Assembly: GCA_964515925.1 (NCBI GenBank)
Contig: CAZEYP010000006.1
Location: forward strand, 11,591 to 75,590
Source: an uncultured Nitrospirota bacterium
GTDB lineage: Bacteria > Nitrospirota > Thermodesulfovibrionia > Thermodesulfovibrionales > JdFR-85
Direction: 5' to 3'
Length of the DNA: 64,000 bases
The notes beneath the pieces were generated by a model. It saw only the letters and a list, made by a program, of their open reading frames with translations, was not told the DNA's origin and made no database searches. Positions 18,581-28,225 of this stretch are shown here, in pieces (the stretch's first letter is position 1; each line of letters opens with the position of its first letter). The translations under genes were made by a program, and so were the position numbers.

Positions 18581-19801
18581 CTATTTCTGCCCTAACCCAA
18601 AGGCCTCATGTAGTGCCCTGACCGCAAGTTCTGTGTATTTGTCGTTAATCACGCAGGAGACCTTGATCTCCGAGGTGCTTATCATCATAATATTTACTCC
18701 GTGCTCTGCAAGGGTTTCAAACATCTTTGCTGCCACACCTGAGTGGGTCTTCATCCCAACGCCGACAATAGAGACCTTTGCAATACTCTCATCAATGACC
18801 ACTCCCCCTGCACCAAGCTCATCAGAGACCTTCTGTGCAATCTCCATGGCCCGGTCTTTATCAGTTTTGGGCACTGTGAATGAGATATCTGTTGACTTGC
18901 CATCGCTACTTATGTTCTGTACTATCATGTCTACCACGATGTTTGCATCTGCAATCTGTTTGAATAGCCTTGCAGCTATCCCCGGTCGGTCAGGTACCTT
19001 CAGTATGGTAAACTTTACCTGGTTTTTATCGTAGGCCACACCTGAGACCATTACCTTTTCCATCTCTTTATCCTCCTTACAAACATAGGTGCCCGGGGTA
19101 TCATTAAAACTTGACCTTACCACAAGGGGCACATTGTATTTCATGGCAAACTCCACTGACCTTGTCTGAAGCACCTTTGCACCGGAGCTGGCAAGCTCCA
19201 GCATCTCCTCGTAGGATATCCTCTGAAGCTTTCTTGCCTCTGGTACAATATTGGGATCAGTGGTAAATACGCCTTCCACATCAGTGTAGATCTCGCATAG
19301 GTCTGCATTGAGCGCCCATGCTATGGCAACTGCAGTGAGGTCTGAGCCCCCTCTTCCAAGTGTGGTAACATCTTCTCCTTCCTCTGTAACACCCTGAAAA
19401 CCAGCAACCACCACTACATAGCCATCCTCCAGTGACTGAATAGCCCTCTTTCCTGATATCCTTTCAATCTTTGCCTTGGTGTGAACTGAGTCGGTTACAA
19501 TACCCATCTGTCTGCCCGTAAGTGCTATTGCCTTATGTCCCAGTGCCTGGATTGCCATTGCTGTGAGTGCACTTGTTACCCGCTCACCTGAAGACAATAA
19601 AAGGTCCATCTCCCTTTCACCAGGGGAAGGGTTAACCTGATGGGCAAGCTCAATCAGTTTGTCTGTCTCACCTGCCATGGCAGAAACCACAACAACTACC
19701 TGATTTCCCTCTTCTACAGTCTTTGCAACCCGCTGTGCAACAGCCCTGATCCTGTCAATATTTGCAACGCTTGTTCCACCGTATTTCTGCACAATCAGCA
19801 T
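18581..19801 (-). CDS. lysC: aspartate kinase
   Basis: 406 aa. [25 protein letters not shown], followed by C-terminal tandem ACT domains. Confidence 0.92.
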   Translation of the reverse strand: MLIVQKYGGTSVANIDRIRAVAQRVAKTVEEGNQVVVVVSAMAGETDKLIELAHQVNPSPGEREMDLLLSSGERVTSALTAMAIQALGHKAIALTGRQMGIVTDSVHTKAKIERISGKRAIQSLEDGYVVVVAGFQGVTEEGEDVTTLGRGGSDLTAVAIAWALNADLCEIYTDVEGVFTTDPNIVPEARKLQRISYEEMLELASSGAKVLQTRSVEFAMKYNVPLVVRSSFNDTPGTYVCKEDKEMEKVMVSGVAYDKNQVKFTILKVPDRPGIAARLFKQIADANIVVDMIVQNISSDGKSTDISFTVPKTDKDRAMEIAQKVSDELGAGGVVIDESIAKVSIVGVGMKTHSGVAAKMFETLAEHGVNIMMISTSEIKVSCVINDKYTELAVRALHEAFGLGQK

Positions 19802-19870
19802 CTGATTTGACCTCCTGGATTAAATTGTATACATGGAAAAGGAAGCAAGATAAACAGCACTACTAAAGGA

Positions 19871-21094
19871 TCACAAATCTAAGACCTTCCCCTTTATCAA
19901 AAGGTCCAAGAGCCTGTGGCCTTCCTCTATCTTTATAATATCATCCCTTTTCATGAGTTCTTCACTGTAGGTGATACTGCCGTTTTGCTGTTCATTGCTG
20001 CTGTCGTAGATTACAAAGGGAACGGGCTCAGGTGCATGAGTCCTTATCTCAATTGGTGTGGGATGGTCAGGCATCAGGAGTATCCTGTACTCTTCGAAGG
20101 CAGGCAATCCCCTTAGCACTGTTCCAACTACAAGGGCATCGAAGTCCTCGATGGCCTTTATCTTGTTTTTATAGTTTCCACTGTGGCCTGCCTCATCAGG
20201 TGCCTCAACATGGATATAAACAAAATCATGCCGCTCAAGGGCCTTCAATGAATATTCAGCCTTGCCCATGTAATTCGTATCCAGATAGCCTGTGACACCA
20301 GGTACATTTAGAATCTCAAGCCCTGCGTACTTTCCAAGCCCCTTTGTCAGGTCTACTGCACTTACCAGTGCACCGGTAATACTGTAGCGCTCTTCAAGTG
20401 TGGGAAGGCTCAGTTTCCTGCCCTGTCCCCAGAGCCAGATACTGTTTGCAATGGCCCTGCCCTCAGCCGCTCTCCTTCGATTTATTTCATGTGATTCGAG
20501 TATCTCAACAGACCTCTCCATAAGTGTCCTGATAAAGGTATCACCCTTTCCAAGGGGAAGATAATCTGTGATCTCCTTCCCTATTATGTCGTGTGGGGGA
20601 ACGCATTCGAGCTCTGTGTGCCCTCCATGCCACACCATGAGATGTCGATAGCTGACCCCTGGATAAAATATAATCTCATCCGTAGCGAGTTCACGGTTTA
20701 GTGCCTCAATCAGCTCTGCTGCCTCCTCGGTGCTTATATGGCCTGCACTGTAGTCTTCCATCACAGCCCTGTTACAGTGTTTATCGTATCTCAGTGAGAC
20801 CAGGTTACACCTGAAGGCAACATCATCATCCTTAAGCTCCACGCCCATGCTTGCAGCCTCAAGTGGTGCCCTGCCAGAGTAATACTTACGTGGGTCGTAA
20901 CCAAGTATGCTCATGTTTGCCACATCTGAGCCAGGTGGGAAACCCTCGGGGATGGTATTAACCACACCTATGAGACCCTTTTGTGCAATGTGGTCCATAT
21001 TCGGTGTAAAGGCTGCCTGAAGAGGTGTCTTACCTCCAAGGGCTTCAACAGGTCTGTCTGTCATTCCATCGCCTATTATTACAATGTATTTCAT
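19871..21094 (-). CDS. cofactor-independent phosphoglycerate mutase family protein (archaeal ApgM type); by context a candidate non-orthologous homoserine kinase
   Basis: 407 aa. MKYIVIIGDGMTDRPVEALGGKTPLQAA...PPGSDVANMSILGYDP is the ApgM-family N-terminus. It is wedged between thrC and lysC. Confidence 0.8.
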   Translation of the reverse strand: MKYIVIIGDGMTDRPVEALGGKTPLQAAFTPNMDHIAQKGLIGVVNTIPEGFPPGSDVANMSILGYDPRKYYSGRAPLEAASMGVELKDDDVAFRCNLVSLRYDKHCNRAVMEDYSAGHISTEEAAELIEALNRELATDEIIFYPGVSYRHLMVWHGGHTELECVPPHDIIGKEITDYLPLGKGDTFIRTLMERSVEILESHEINRRRAAEGRAIANSIWLWGQGRKLSLPTLEERYSITGALVSAVDLTKGLGKYAGLEILNVPGVTGYLDTNYMGKAEYSLKALERHDFVYIHVEAPDEAGHSGNYKNKIKAIEDFDALVVGTVLRGLPAFEEYRILLMPDHPTPIEIRTHAPEPVPFVIYDSSNEQQNGSITYSEELMKRDDIIKIEEGHRLLDLLIKGKVLDL

Positions 21095-21096
21095 GA

Positions 21097-22224
21097 TTAT
21101 TTAAATTCTAACACCCCGCTTAAGACATCTTCAACCGATTTAAGTGTGGGTTTTGCCTTCTTTGGCTCAGAGACTACCTTGAACACATTATCCGGGTCCT
21201 TTAAGCCATTTCCTGTAAGCGTGCAGACAACGGTCTCTCCTCCCTTGAAATAGCCCTGTCTGTATAGCTTAATAACTCCTGCAAGAGAAGCAGCAGAGGC
21301 AGGCTCGCAGAATACCCCCTCGGTGGAGGCAATGAGTCTGTATGCCTGGAGTATCTCTTCATCAGTTACTGCATCAATCCTGCCGCCAGACTCATCTCTT
21401 GCCTTTTCTGCCTTATGCCAGCTTGCCGGGTTGCCAATTCTTATAGCCGTGGCAATGGTCTCGGGTTTTTCGACCACCCTGCCAAGTACTATGGGGGCTG
21501 CTCCTTCGGCCTGAAAACCGAGCATTCTGGGCAGAGAGCCTATCCTTTTAGCCTTATAATACTCATTGTATCCCTGCCAGTAGGCACTAATGTTACCAGC
21601 GTTGCCAACGGGAAGGGCGTGAAAATCAGGTGCTGAGCCAAGCTGGTCGCAAACCTCAAAGGCAGCAGACTTCTGCCCCTCAAGCCTGTAAGGGTTAATG
21701 GAATTAACAAGGGTTATGGGGTATTTTTCAACCATCTCTCTTACAATCTGAAGTGCCTGGTCAAAGTTCCCCTCTATCTGTATAACCTCAGCCCCATGAA
21801 TGAGGGCCTGAACCAGCTTCCCAAGCGCAATCTTTCCTTCGGGTATAAGCACAATTGCCTTTATCCCTGCACGGGCTGCGTAGGCTGCTGCTGATGCAGA
21901 GGTGTTGCCAGTGGATGCGCATATTACAGCTCTGGCGCCTTCTTCAACAGCCTTTGATATGGCAAGGGTCATTCCGCGGTCTTTGAAAGAGCCTGTAGGG
22001 TTTGCTCCATCAAACTTGAAGTATAGATTAAGGTCAAGGCCGATCCTGTTTTTAAGATTTACGGCATTAATAAGTGGGGTGTTTCCTTCATAAAGGGTAA
22101 TTACGGGGGTTTTTTCTGTGACCGGCAGGAACTCTCTGTATTCATTGAGAATTCCTCTCCAGCGTCGGGGCATTCGGTCGTCATCAGACGACTGAGTTGA
22201 CAATTGCGTCTCACTCTGTGTCAT
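21097..22224 (-). CDS. thrC: threonine synthase
   Basis: 375 aa with the PLP lysine motif [12 protein letters not shown] and [14 protein letters not shown]. Confidence 0.85.
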   Translation of the reverse strand: MTQSETQLSTQSSDDDRMPRRWRGILNEYREFLPVTEKTPVITLYEGNTPLINAVNLKNRIGLDLNLYFKFDGANPTGSFKDRGMTLAISKAVEEGARAVICASTGNTSASAAAYAARAGIKAIVLIPEGKIALGKLVQALIHGAEVIQIEGNFDQALQIVREMVEKYPITLVNSINPYRLEGQKSAAFEVCDQLGSAPDFHALPVGNAGNISAYWQGYNEYYKAKRIGSLPRMLGFQAEGAAPIVLGRVVEKPETIATAIRIGNPASWHKAEKARDESGGRIDAVTDEEILQAYRLIASTEGVFCEPASAASLAGVIKLYRQGYFKGGETVVCTLTGNGLKDPDNVFKVVSEPKKAKPTLKSVEDVLSGVLEFK

Positions 22225-22245
22225 GATTGAGCATCCTCCTTAAAA

Positions 22246-22482
22246 CTATTCTATGAAGTCTCCTTCGACATGCTCTACCTCAACACCCTGCTGGCGAAGG
22301 GATTCTATACCCTGTTCAAGGTTTTTCTCATCGCCCTCAAGCTCAAGGATCATCTCGCCAACAGTCTCAGTTACACGAGCACGCCTGATATTGGGCATCA
22401 CATCATACTTTTTTGCCATACTAAAGAGCACAGGCTCTTTGATAAGGTGCTGTGGAAAGGTTAGTTTTACCCTTATCTTCAT
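22246..22482 (-). CDS. NIL domain protein (stand-alone MetN C-terminal-like domain)
   Basis: 78 aa. KIRVKLTFPQHLIKEPVLFSMAKKYDV..NIRRARV..GEMILELEGDE..QGIESLRQQGVEVE matches the NIL pattern. Its start overlaps the stop of the carrier gene. Confidence 0.7.
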   Translation of the reverse strand: MKIRVKLTFPQHLIKEPVLFSMAKKYDVMPNIRRARVTETVGEMILELEGDEKNLEQGIESLRQQGVEVEHVEGDFIE

Positions 22483-22763
22483 TAAATCCCCCTTCCCCCT
22501 GCAATAGCAGGTACAATTGAGACCTCATCACCGTCTTTTACCTCGGTGTTTTCAGCATCTTTGAAACGGATGTCTTCTTCATTAACATAGATATTCACAA
22601 ACCGTCTGACCTTTCCGTTTTCGGTAATTCTCTCAGCAAGTCCAGGATACTGGGAATCCAGGTCGTTTATCAGGTCGATGATCTTACCTGGCTTGCCTTC
22701 TACCTCTGCCTTACCCTCGGTAAGCCTCTGAAGTGGTGTTGGTATCAAAACCTTTACTGCCAT
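22482..22763 (-). CDS. ThiS/MoaD-family sulfur carrier protein with C-terminal GG followed by RGI
   Basis: 93 aa with a beta-grasp-like pattern ending ...DGDEVSIVPAIAGG-RGI. Confidence 0.75.
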   Translation of the reverse strand: MAVKVLIPTPLQRLTEGKAEVEGKPGKIIDLINDLDSQYPGLAERITENGKVRRFVNIYVNEEDIRFKDAENTEVKDGDEVSIVPAIAGGRGI

Positions 22764-22800
22764 TTGTTACCCCCTTTCTTTTGTTTAAATTTAAACTTAA

Positions 22801-22873
22801 GGGTGTAGGGTGTAGGGGGTAGCGTGTAGTGATTAATTTTTTTACTACTCCCTACTCCCTACACCCTACTCCC
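22801..22873. repeat. inverted pair of 30-nt heptamer arrays (G-rich 22801..22830, C-rich 22844..22873) forming a long imperfect hairpin
   Basis: gggtgtagggtgtagggggtagcgtgtagt / 13-nt A/T loop / actactccctactccctacaccctactccc. I count 26 of 30 positions as complementary. Confidence 0.85.
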
Positions 22874-22877
22874 TTTT

Positions 22878-24116
22878 TTATTCCCTGTTTATCTCCTTCA
22901 GCACTTCCTCAAAGGCATCAAGAGAGGGTTTGATGAGCTTTGGCTCATCCATCCTTCCATCAAGTGCCTCTTTGGTTTTAAGACCGTTTCCTGTTATGCA
23001 TATAACGGTGGTTTCGTTTTTACCAATCCTGCCCTGCTCAATCAGCTTTTTTGTGACAGCCACGGTAACTCCACCTGCAGTCTCTGCAAAGATTCCTTCG
23101 GTGCGGGCAAGCATCTTAATACCTTCAACTATCTCATCATCTGTTACATCCTCTCCATAGCCACCTGAGTCCTTAACCGCTTTGTAGGCATAGTATCCAT
23201 CAGCAGGATTTCCTATTGCAAGGGATTTTGCAATGGTGTCAGGTTTAACCGGTCTTATTACATCGGTATCATTCTTGATTGCCGTGGCAATGGGATTACA
23301 GCCGAGGGCCTGGGCAGCAAAGACCCTGGTGCTTACATCCTTCAGAAGTCCCACCTCTTTTAGTTCTTTAAAGGCCTTCCATATCTTTGTAAGCAAAGAA
23401 CCGCTTGCACAGGGCACCACCACATTATCGGGTGCCTTCCAGCCAAGCTGCTCAGCTATCTCAAAGCCTATGGTCTTTGAACCCTCAGCATAAAAGGGTC
23501 GGATGTTTATATTAACAAAGGCCCATTTGTATTTATTAGCGATTTCACTGCATAGACGATTAACATCATCATAGTTTCCATCCACTGCTATAAGATTGGG
23601 AACGAAGACCTGTGATGAAACAATTTTACTCTGCTCCAGGGTTGCAGGTATGAAAATAAACCGATTAAAGCCAGCCTTTGCACCCTGGGCTGATACAGAA
23701 TGGGCAAGGTTTCCTGTTGATGCGCAGGCAACAGTGTCAAAACCGAACTCCTTTGCCTTTGTAAGTGCAACTGCCACCACCCTGTCTTTAAATGAGAAAG
23801 TGGGATGTGCCACGGTGTCGTCCTTTATGTATAGTTCTTTAACGCCAAGCTCTTTTGCCAGATTATTGGCCTTGACCAGTGGAGTAAATCCCGAGTACAG
23901 GCCTGCCTGTGGCTCTCCATCTATTGGCAGGAGTTCTTTGTATCGCCAGAGGTTTTCATCTCTATTTTCAATCCTCTTTTTTGTTACAGCCTTTTTTATC
24001 CTCTGGTAGTCATAAACAACCTCTAATGGACCAAAACAGAACTCACATACATATATGGGTTCTATGGCATACTCTCTGCCGCATTCACGGCACTTAAGTC
24101 CGGTAACAAACCCCAT
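22878..24116 (-). CDS. threonine synthase paralog (PLP fold type II) with N-terminal zinc ribbon
   Basis: 412 aa. The N-terminus reads CRECGREY..CEFCFGPLE. The PLP motif is HPTFSFKDRVVA, followed by STGNLAHSVSAQGA. This is the second ThrC-family gene in the cluster. Confidence 0.75.
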   Translation of the reverse strand: MGFVTGLKCRECGREYAIEPIYVCEFCFGPLEVVYDYQRIKKAVTKKRIENRDENLWRYKELLPIDGEPQAGLYSGFTPLVKANNLAKELGVKELYIKDDTVAHPTFSFKDRVVAVALTKAKEFGFDTVACASTGNLAHSVSAQGAKAGFNRFIFIPATLEQSKIVSSQVFVPNLIAVDGNYDDVNRLCSEIANKYKWAFVNINIRPFYAEGSKTIGFEIAEQLGWKAPDNVVVPCASGSLLTKIWKAFKELKEVGLLKDVSTRVFAAQALGCNPIATAIKNDTDVIRPVKPDTIAKSLAIGNPADGYYAYKAVKDSGGYGEDVTDDEIVEGIKMLARTEGIFAETAGGVTVAVTKKLIEQGRIGKNETTVICITGNGLKTKEALDGRMDEPKLIKPSLDAFEEVLKEINRE

Positions 24117-24336
24117 AGTCGCCTCCTTGTATATCAGAAAATGTAGTATGTCAGCAAAGATAGTAATTGATATTTTAACGCAAACTGGCTATAAAAAGGA
24201 ACAGGACTTCCACGAACATTAATATTGTATAAGTATAAGCCGGGGTGTTCTGTGTGAACTTAATTTATCTTAGATACCCTGTCTATGAGTTGTATCAATC
24301 AAATTTTTTAAACTGTGAATGATAGAATAAAGGGGC

Positions 24337-26043
24337 TCAATCCATCAAGGAATCCTTTAGCCCTTCTATTTTCTTGATGACATAATCAACCGCCTCTTCA
24401 ACATCCACCTTTACCCGTTCTTTGGTCTTACGGTCTTTTATCTCCAGCTTGTTTTCCTTAAGGCCACGCTCCCCTACCACTACCTGAAGGGGGATGCCAA
24501 TGAGATCGGCATCCTTGAATTTCACGCCTGCCCGTTCGGAGCGGTCATCAATCAATGTATCAATGCCTTTCTTGCTAAGTTCCGAGTAGAGTTTTTCAGA
24601 TACCTCCTTGGTTTTTTCATGATTCATATTAAGTGGCAGTATAATTACTGAAAAGGGTGCAATGGTGATGGGCCAGATTATTCCGTCTTCGTCGTGGCTC
24701 TGCTCAACTGCTGCTGCAGCCACTCTTGCAGGTCCTATACCGTAACTGCCCATAATTATTGGGTGCTCCTTACCCTGCGCATCAAGGAATGTTGCGCCAA
24801 GTGGTTCTGAGTACTTGGTGCCAAGCTTGAAGATATTTCCAATCTCAATAACACGCTCAATTCTCAGGGGGCTGCCGCATTTGGGACATCCATCACCGTC
24901 TCTGGCAATATGAAGGTCAGCCCATTCAGCATTGAAATGTTTACCTGGCCTTATACCCCTTACATGGTAGTCCTTTTTATTTGCACCACTTATATAAACT
25001 CCATCTTTCAGGAACTCATCGGCAATTATTCTTATTCCTTCATGCCCCTGAGGGCCTATATATCCTGCTTCAACCCCCAGGATTTCTTCTATCTCGTCTT
25101 TATGTGCAGGTCTGAAGGGGCCAATTATCCTTTCAAGTTTTCTCTCCTGAAGGTCCTGATCGCCCCTCAGAAGCACAAGGACAGGTTTCCCGTCTGCTAT
25201 ATAAAGGAGGCTTTTTATAAAATGTGAAGGCTCAACACCTAAGAACTCCGCTACCTCCTGAATGGTTCTTTTCTCTGGTGTATGAACCTCTTCAAATTCC
25301 CAATCATTAAAATTGACCTCTGCTGAGATGCTCTTTGCAAGCTCCACATTGGCTGAGTAGCCGCAGCTGTCACAGAGTGCCACATCATCCTCTCCAGCAG
25401 GGCTTGGTGCCATAAATTCATGGGCAGTGGCACCACCCATCATGCCAGGGTCAGACTCTACCTGATAGAACTTGATACCGCATCGAGTATAGATTCTTCG
25501 GTATGCCTCAATGTGAAGCTGATAGTTCCTCTCAAGTCCTTCCTCATCAGCGTCAAAACTGTATGAGTCTTTCATGATAAACTCACGGGTTCTCATTATG
25601 CCACTTTTTGGTCTTGCCTCGTCACGGAGCTTTGTCTGAATCTGATACCAGACCTGAGGCAGATCACGGTAGGAGCGGATTTCTCTTGAGGCAAGCCAGG
25701 TCATTATCTCCTCGTGGGTCATTCCAAGACACATGTCCCTGCCAGTGCGGTCCTTAAGCCTGAACATCTCATCGCCTATCTCAAACCAGCGGCCTGTTTT
25801 CTGCCATATCTCTGCAGGGTGAAGTACAGTCATAAATATCTCCTGAGCTCCAATACGGTTCATCTCTTCACGGATAATCTGGTTTATCTTCTGCATCACC
25901 CTCCAGCCAAGCGGGAGAAAGATATAAAGACCAGAGGCAAGCTGTCTTATGTAACCTGCCCTTAGCAGCAACTTATGGCTTATTGCCTCTGCATCAGCAG
26001 GGGTTTCTCTTAATGTTGGGATAAAGGCCCTGGAAAACCTCAT
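24337..26043 (-). CDS. proS: prolyl-tRNA synthetase
   Basis: The start is moved to MRFSRAFIPTLRETPADAE (ATG 26043, GGAGG upstream). It has class II motifs and a bacterial-type insertion domain. Confidence 0.92.
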   Translation of the reverse strand: MRFSRAFIPTLRETPADAEAISHKLLLRAGYIRQLASGLYIFLPLGWRVMQKINQIIREEMNRIGAQEIFMTVLHPAEIWQKTGRWFEIGDEMFRLKDRTGRDMCLGMTHEEIMTWLASREIRSYRDLPQVWYQIQTKLRDEARPKSGIMRTREFIMKDSYSFDADEEGLERNYQLHIEAYRRIYTRCGIKFYQVESDPGMMGGATAHEFMAPSPAGEDDVALCDSCGYSANVELAKSISAEVNFNDWEFEEVHTPEKRTIQEVAEFLGVEPSHFIKSLLYIADGKPVLVLLRGDQDLQERKLERIIGPFRPAHKDEIEEILGVEAGYIGPQGHEGIRIIADEFLKDGVYISGANKKDYHVRGIRPGKHFNAEWADLHIARDGDGCPKCGSPLRIERVIEIGNIFKLGTKYSEPLGATFLDAQGKEHPIIMGSYGIGPARVAAAAVEQSHDEDGIIWPITIAPFSVIILPLNMNHEKTKEVSEKLYSELSKKGIDTLIDDRSERAGVKFKDADLIGIPLQVVVGERGLKENKLEIKDRKTKERVKVDVEEAVDYVIKKIEGLKDSLMD

Positions 26044-26114
26044 AGTACCTCCACATCTATTAATCGTTCTGTATTTTAAGTGCTTGCTCAAAGAGCTGTC
26101 AATGTATCATTGAA

Positions 26115-27209
26115 TCAGCTCAAAACCTTCAATAAAACCCCTTCGGTCACCCTGTCTGATATTACCACTTTCCCGATTCTTTCAGGTAGCACAAAACGTA
26201 GCCTGCCTGAAACTGCCTTTTTATCAATCTGCATAGCCCTTATCATCTGCTCTGGATTAAGGGACTCTTCAAGTTTTGAAGTCATGCCGTATGATGAAAT
26301 GAGGCTTCTGAGCCTTTTGACCGCTTCGGTGTCTATCAATTCCATTTCCCTGGCAATCTCTGCCTCATATACCATACCCATTGAAACCGCCTCACCATGC
26401 AGATATCTGGTGTAGCCTGTTAGGGTTTCTATAGCATGCCCCACAGTGTGTCCATAATTGAGTATTGCCCTGAGCCCTGATTCCCTCTCGTCTTTTGAGA
26501 CCACCTCTGCCTTTATCTCACAACACCGTTTAATCATCTGGACAAGCAGGTCCTGTTTCTGTGAGAGTATCCCTTCACGGTTTTCTTCAAGAAAGCTAAA
26601 GAACTCCTCATCCCATATAACACCGTACTTTATAACCTCAGCCATTCCAGCAAGAAACTCTCTTTCAGGCAGCGTCTTAAGGCTCTCTACATCTATCCAG
26701 ACAAGCCGTGGCTGGTAGAAGGTGCCGATCATGTTCTTGCCCAGTGGATGGTTAACACCGGTTTTTCCGCCTACAGAGCTATCAACTTGCGAAAGAAGAG
26801 TGGTTGGTATCTGAACGCAACCTATTCCTCTCATATAAACAGAGGCAACGAAACCTGCAATGTCACCGATTACACCACCGCCAAGTGCAAATATAGCAGA
26901 CTTTCTGTCAAGCCCGAAAGCAAGTAGCCTGCCAAGGATGTAGTAGGCCCATCCAAATTCCTTGTACTCCTCTCCGTCAGGGATTAAGACAACCTGCACA
27001 TCAAGCCCTGAAGAGCGTAAAGAGCCAAGCACCAGATCACCGTAGAGTTTATATACAGTGGGATTACTTATGAGGGCAGCCTTTGTAGAAAAATTAAATT
27101 TTCTTACCTCCTCCCCGAGGCCCTTAAGTATATTATGCCCTATTGTTATGTTGTAACTTCTCTTACCTAAATCAACCTTAAGGGTTTCCATAACAGAAAA
27201 TTCTAACAT
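26115..27209 (-). CDS. aroB: 3-dehydroquinate synthase
   Basis: 364 aa with GGGVIGDIAGFVAS and the metal site HTVGHAIE. The start is ambiguous (ATG 27209 or 27191). Confidence 0.87.
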   Translation of the reverse strand: MLEFSVMETLKVDLGKRSYNITIGHNILKGLGEEVRKFNFSTKAALISNPTVYKLYGDLVLGSLRSSGLDVQVVLIPDGEEYKEFGWAYYILGRLLAFGLDRKSAIFALGGGVIGDIAGFVASVYMRGIGCVQIPTTLLSQVDSSVGGKTGVNHPLGKNMIGTFYQPRLVWIDVESLKTLPEREFLAGMAEVIKYGVIWDEEFFSFLEENREGILSQKQDLLVQMIKRCCEIKAEVVSKDERESGLRAILNYGHTVGHAIETLTGYTRYLHGEAVSMGMVYEAEIAREMELIDTEAVKRLRSLISSYGMTSKLEESLNPEQMIRAMQIDKKAVSGRLRFVLPERIGKVVISDRVTEGVLLKVLS

Positions 27210-27321
27210 TAAAGTATATTTTTTTGCATATCTACTGCTATAATATTAATCCAATTCAGGTATTATTAATTTGAAATCCTGCTGAAGACTGCAGGAAGGT
27301 TATTGCCTAAACATAAGGAAA

Positions 27322-28182
27322 ATGCTTGCTAAACGAATCATACCCTGCCTTGATGTCCGTGATGGCCGGGTGGTCAAGGGTGTTAATTTCGTAAACATCC
27401 GTGATGCCGGCGACCCTGTGGAAAATGCCATATACTATGATGAACAGGGTGCCGATGAGCTTGTATTCCTTGACATTACAGCCTCCCATGAAAAGAGAAA
27501 GATTATCCTTGATGTGGTAGAAAAAACAGCAGTAGATGTGTTTATGCCCCTTACCGTGGGCGGTGGAATAAAGAGCCTGGAGGACATCAGGGACCTTCTT
27601 AATGCAGGTTGCGATAAGGTCTCTATTAACACTACCGCAATTCGGGATCCTGAATTTATCCAGAAGGCTTCTCAGCGTTTTGGCTCCCAGTGTATAGTGG
27701 TTGCCATAGATGCAAAGCGGGTTCATGACTCAAGGTTTGAAATTGATGCTGAAAGAGATGTGCCGGAGTGGCTAAAAGACAACAGAGAACTTCAATACCT
27801 GCTTATACCTGAAGAGGGAAAGCGGGAGGATAAACTCTGGGAGATATTTACACATGGTGGAAGAAGGCCAAGGGGGATAGATGCAGTAAAGTGGGCCCGT
27901 TTCATGGAAGAGCTCGGTGCAGGTGAGATACTCCTTACTTCAATGGACAGGGACGGCACAAAAGATGGTTATGACCTTGAGCTTACAAGGGCTGTTTCAG
28001 AGGCTGTGGGCATACCAGTGATTGCCTCTGGTGGTGCTGGAACGCTTCAGCATCTTTACGAGGCACTGACAGAAGGAAAGGCAGATGCTGCCCTTGCGGC
28101 AAGCATTTTCCACTACCGTGAATATACTATTGAAGAGGCAAAGCGGTTTCTGAAGGAAAGGGGAGTGGAGGTAAGACTTTAA
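27322..28182 (+). CDS. hisF: imidazole glycerol phosphate synthase cyclase subunit, with an extra insertion of about 35 aa
   Basis: [20 protein letters not shown]...[14 protein letters not shown]...ASGGAG. It is 286 aa against about 253 typical. Confidence 0.9.
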   Translation: MLAKRIIPCLDVRDGRVVKGVNFVNIRDAGDPVENAIYYDEQGADELVFLDITASHEKRKIILDVVEKTAVDVFMPLTVGGGIKSLEDIRDLLNAGCDKVSINTTAIRDPEFIQKASQRFGSQCIVVAIDAKRVHDSRFEIDAERDVPEWLKDNRELQYLLIPEEGKREDKLWEIFTHGGRRPRGIDAVKWARFMEELGAGEILLTSMDRDGTKDGYDLELTRAVSEAVGIPVIASGGAGTLQHLYEALTEGKADAALAASIFHYREYTIEEAKRFLKERGVEVRL

Positions 28183-28183
28183 G

Positions 28184-28225
28184 GATTTCAGATTTCAGAT
28201 TTTTGATTTAAGATTTTGAATTTTA
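28184..28225 (+). repeat. heptamer array GATTTNN x6
   Basis: GATTTCA GATTTCA GATTTTT GATTTAA GATTTTG AATTTTA, immediately after the hisF stop. Confidence 0.85.

Noticed and set aside
24117-24336. SAM riboswitch, T-box or other leader upstream of the ThrC paralog
   Set aside because: The 220-nt spacer is long enough, but I could not recognise SAM-I/II, T-box specifier/T-box sequence or other known motifs.
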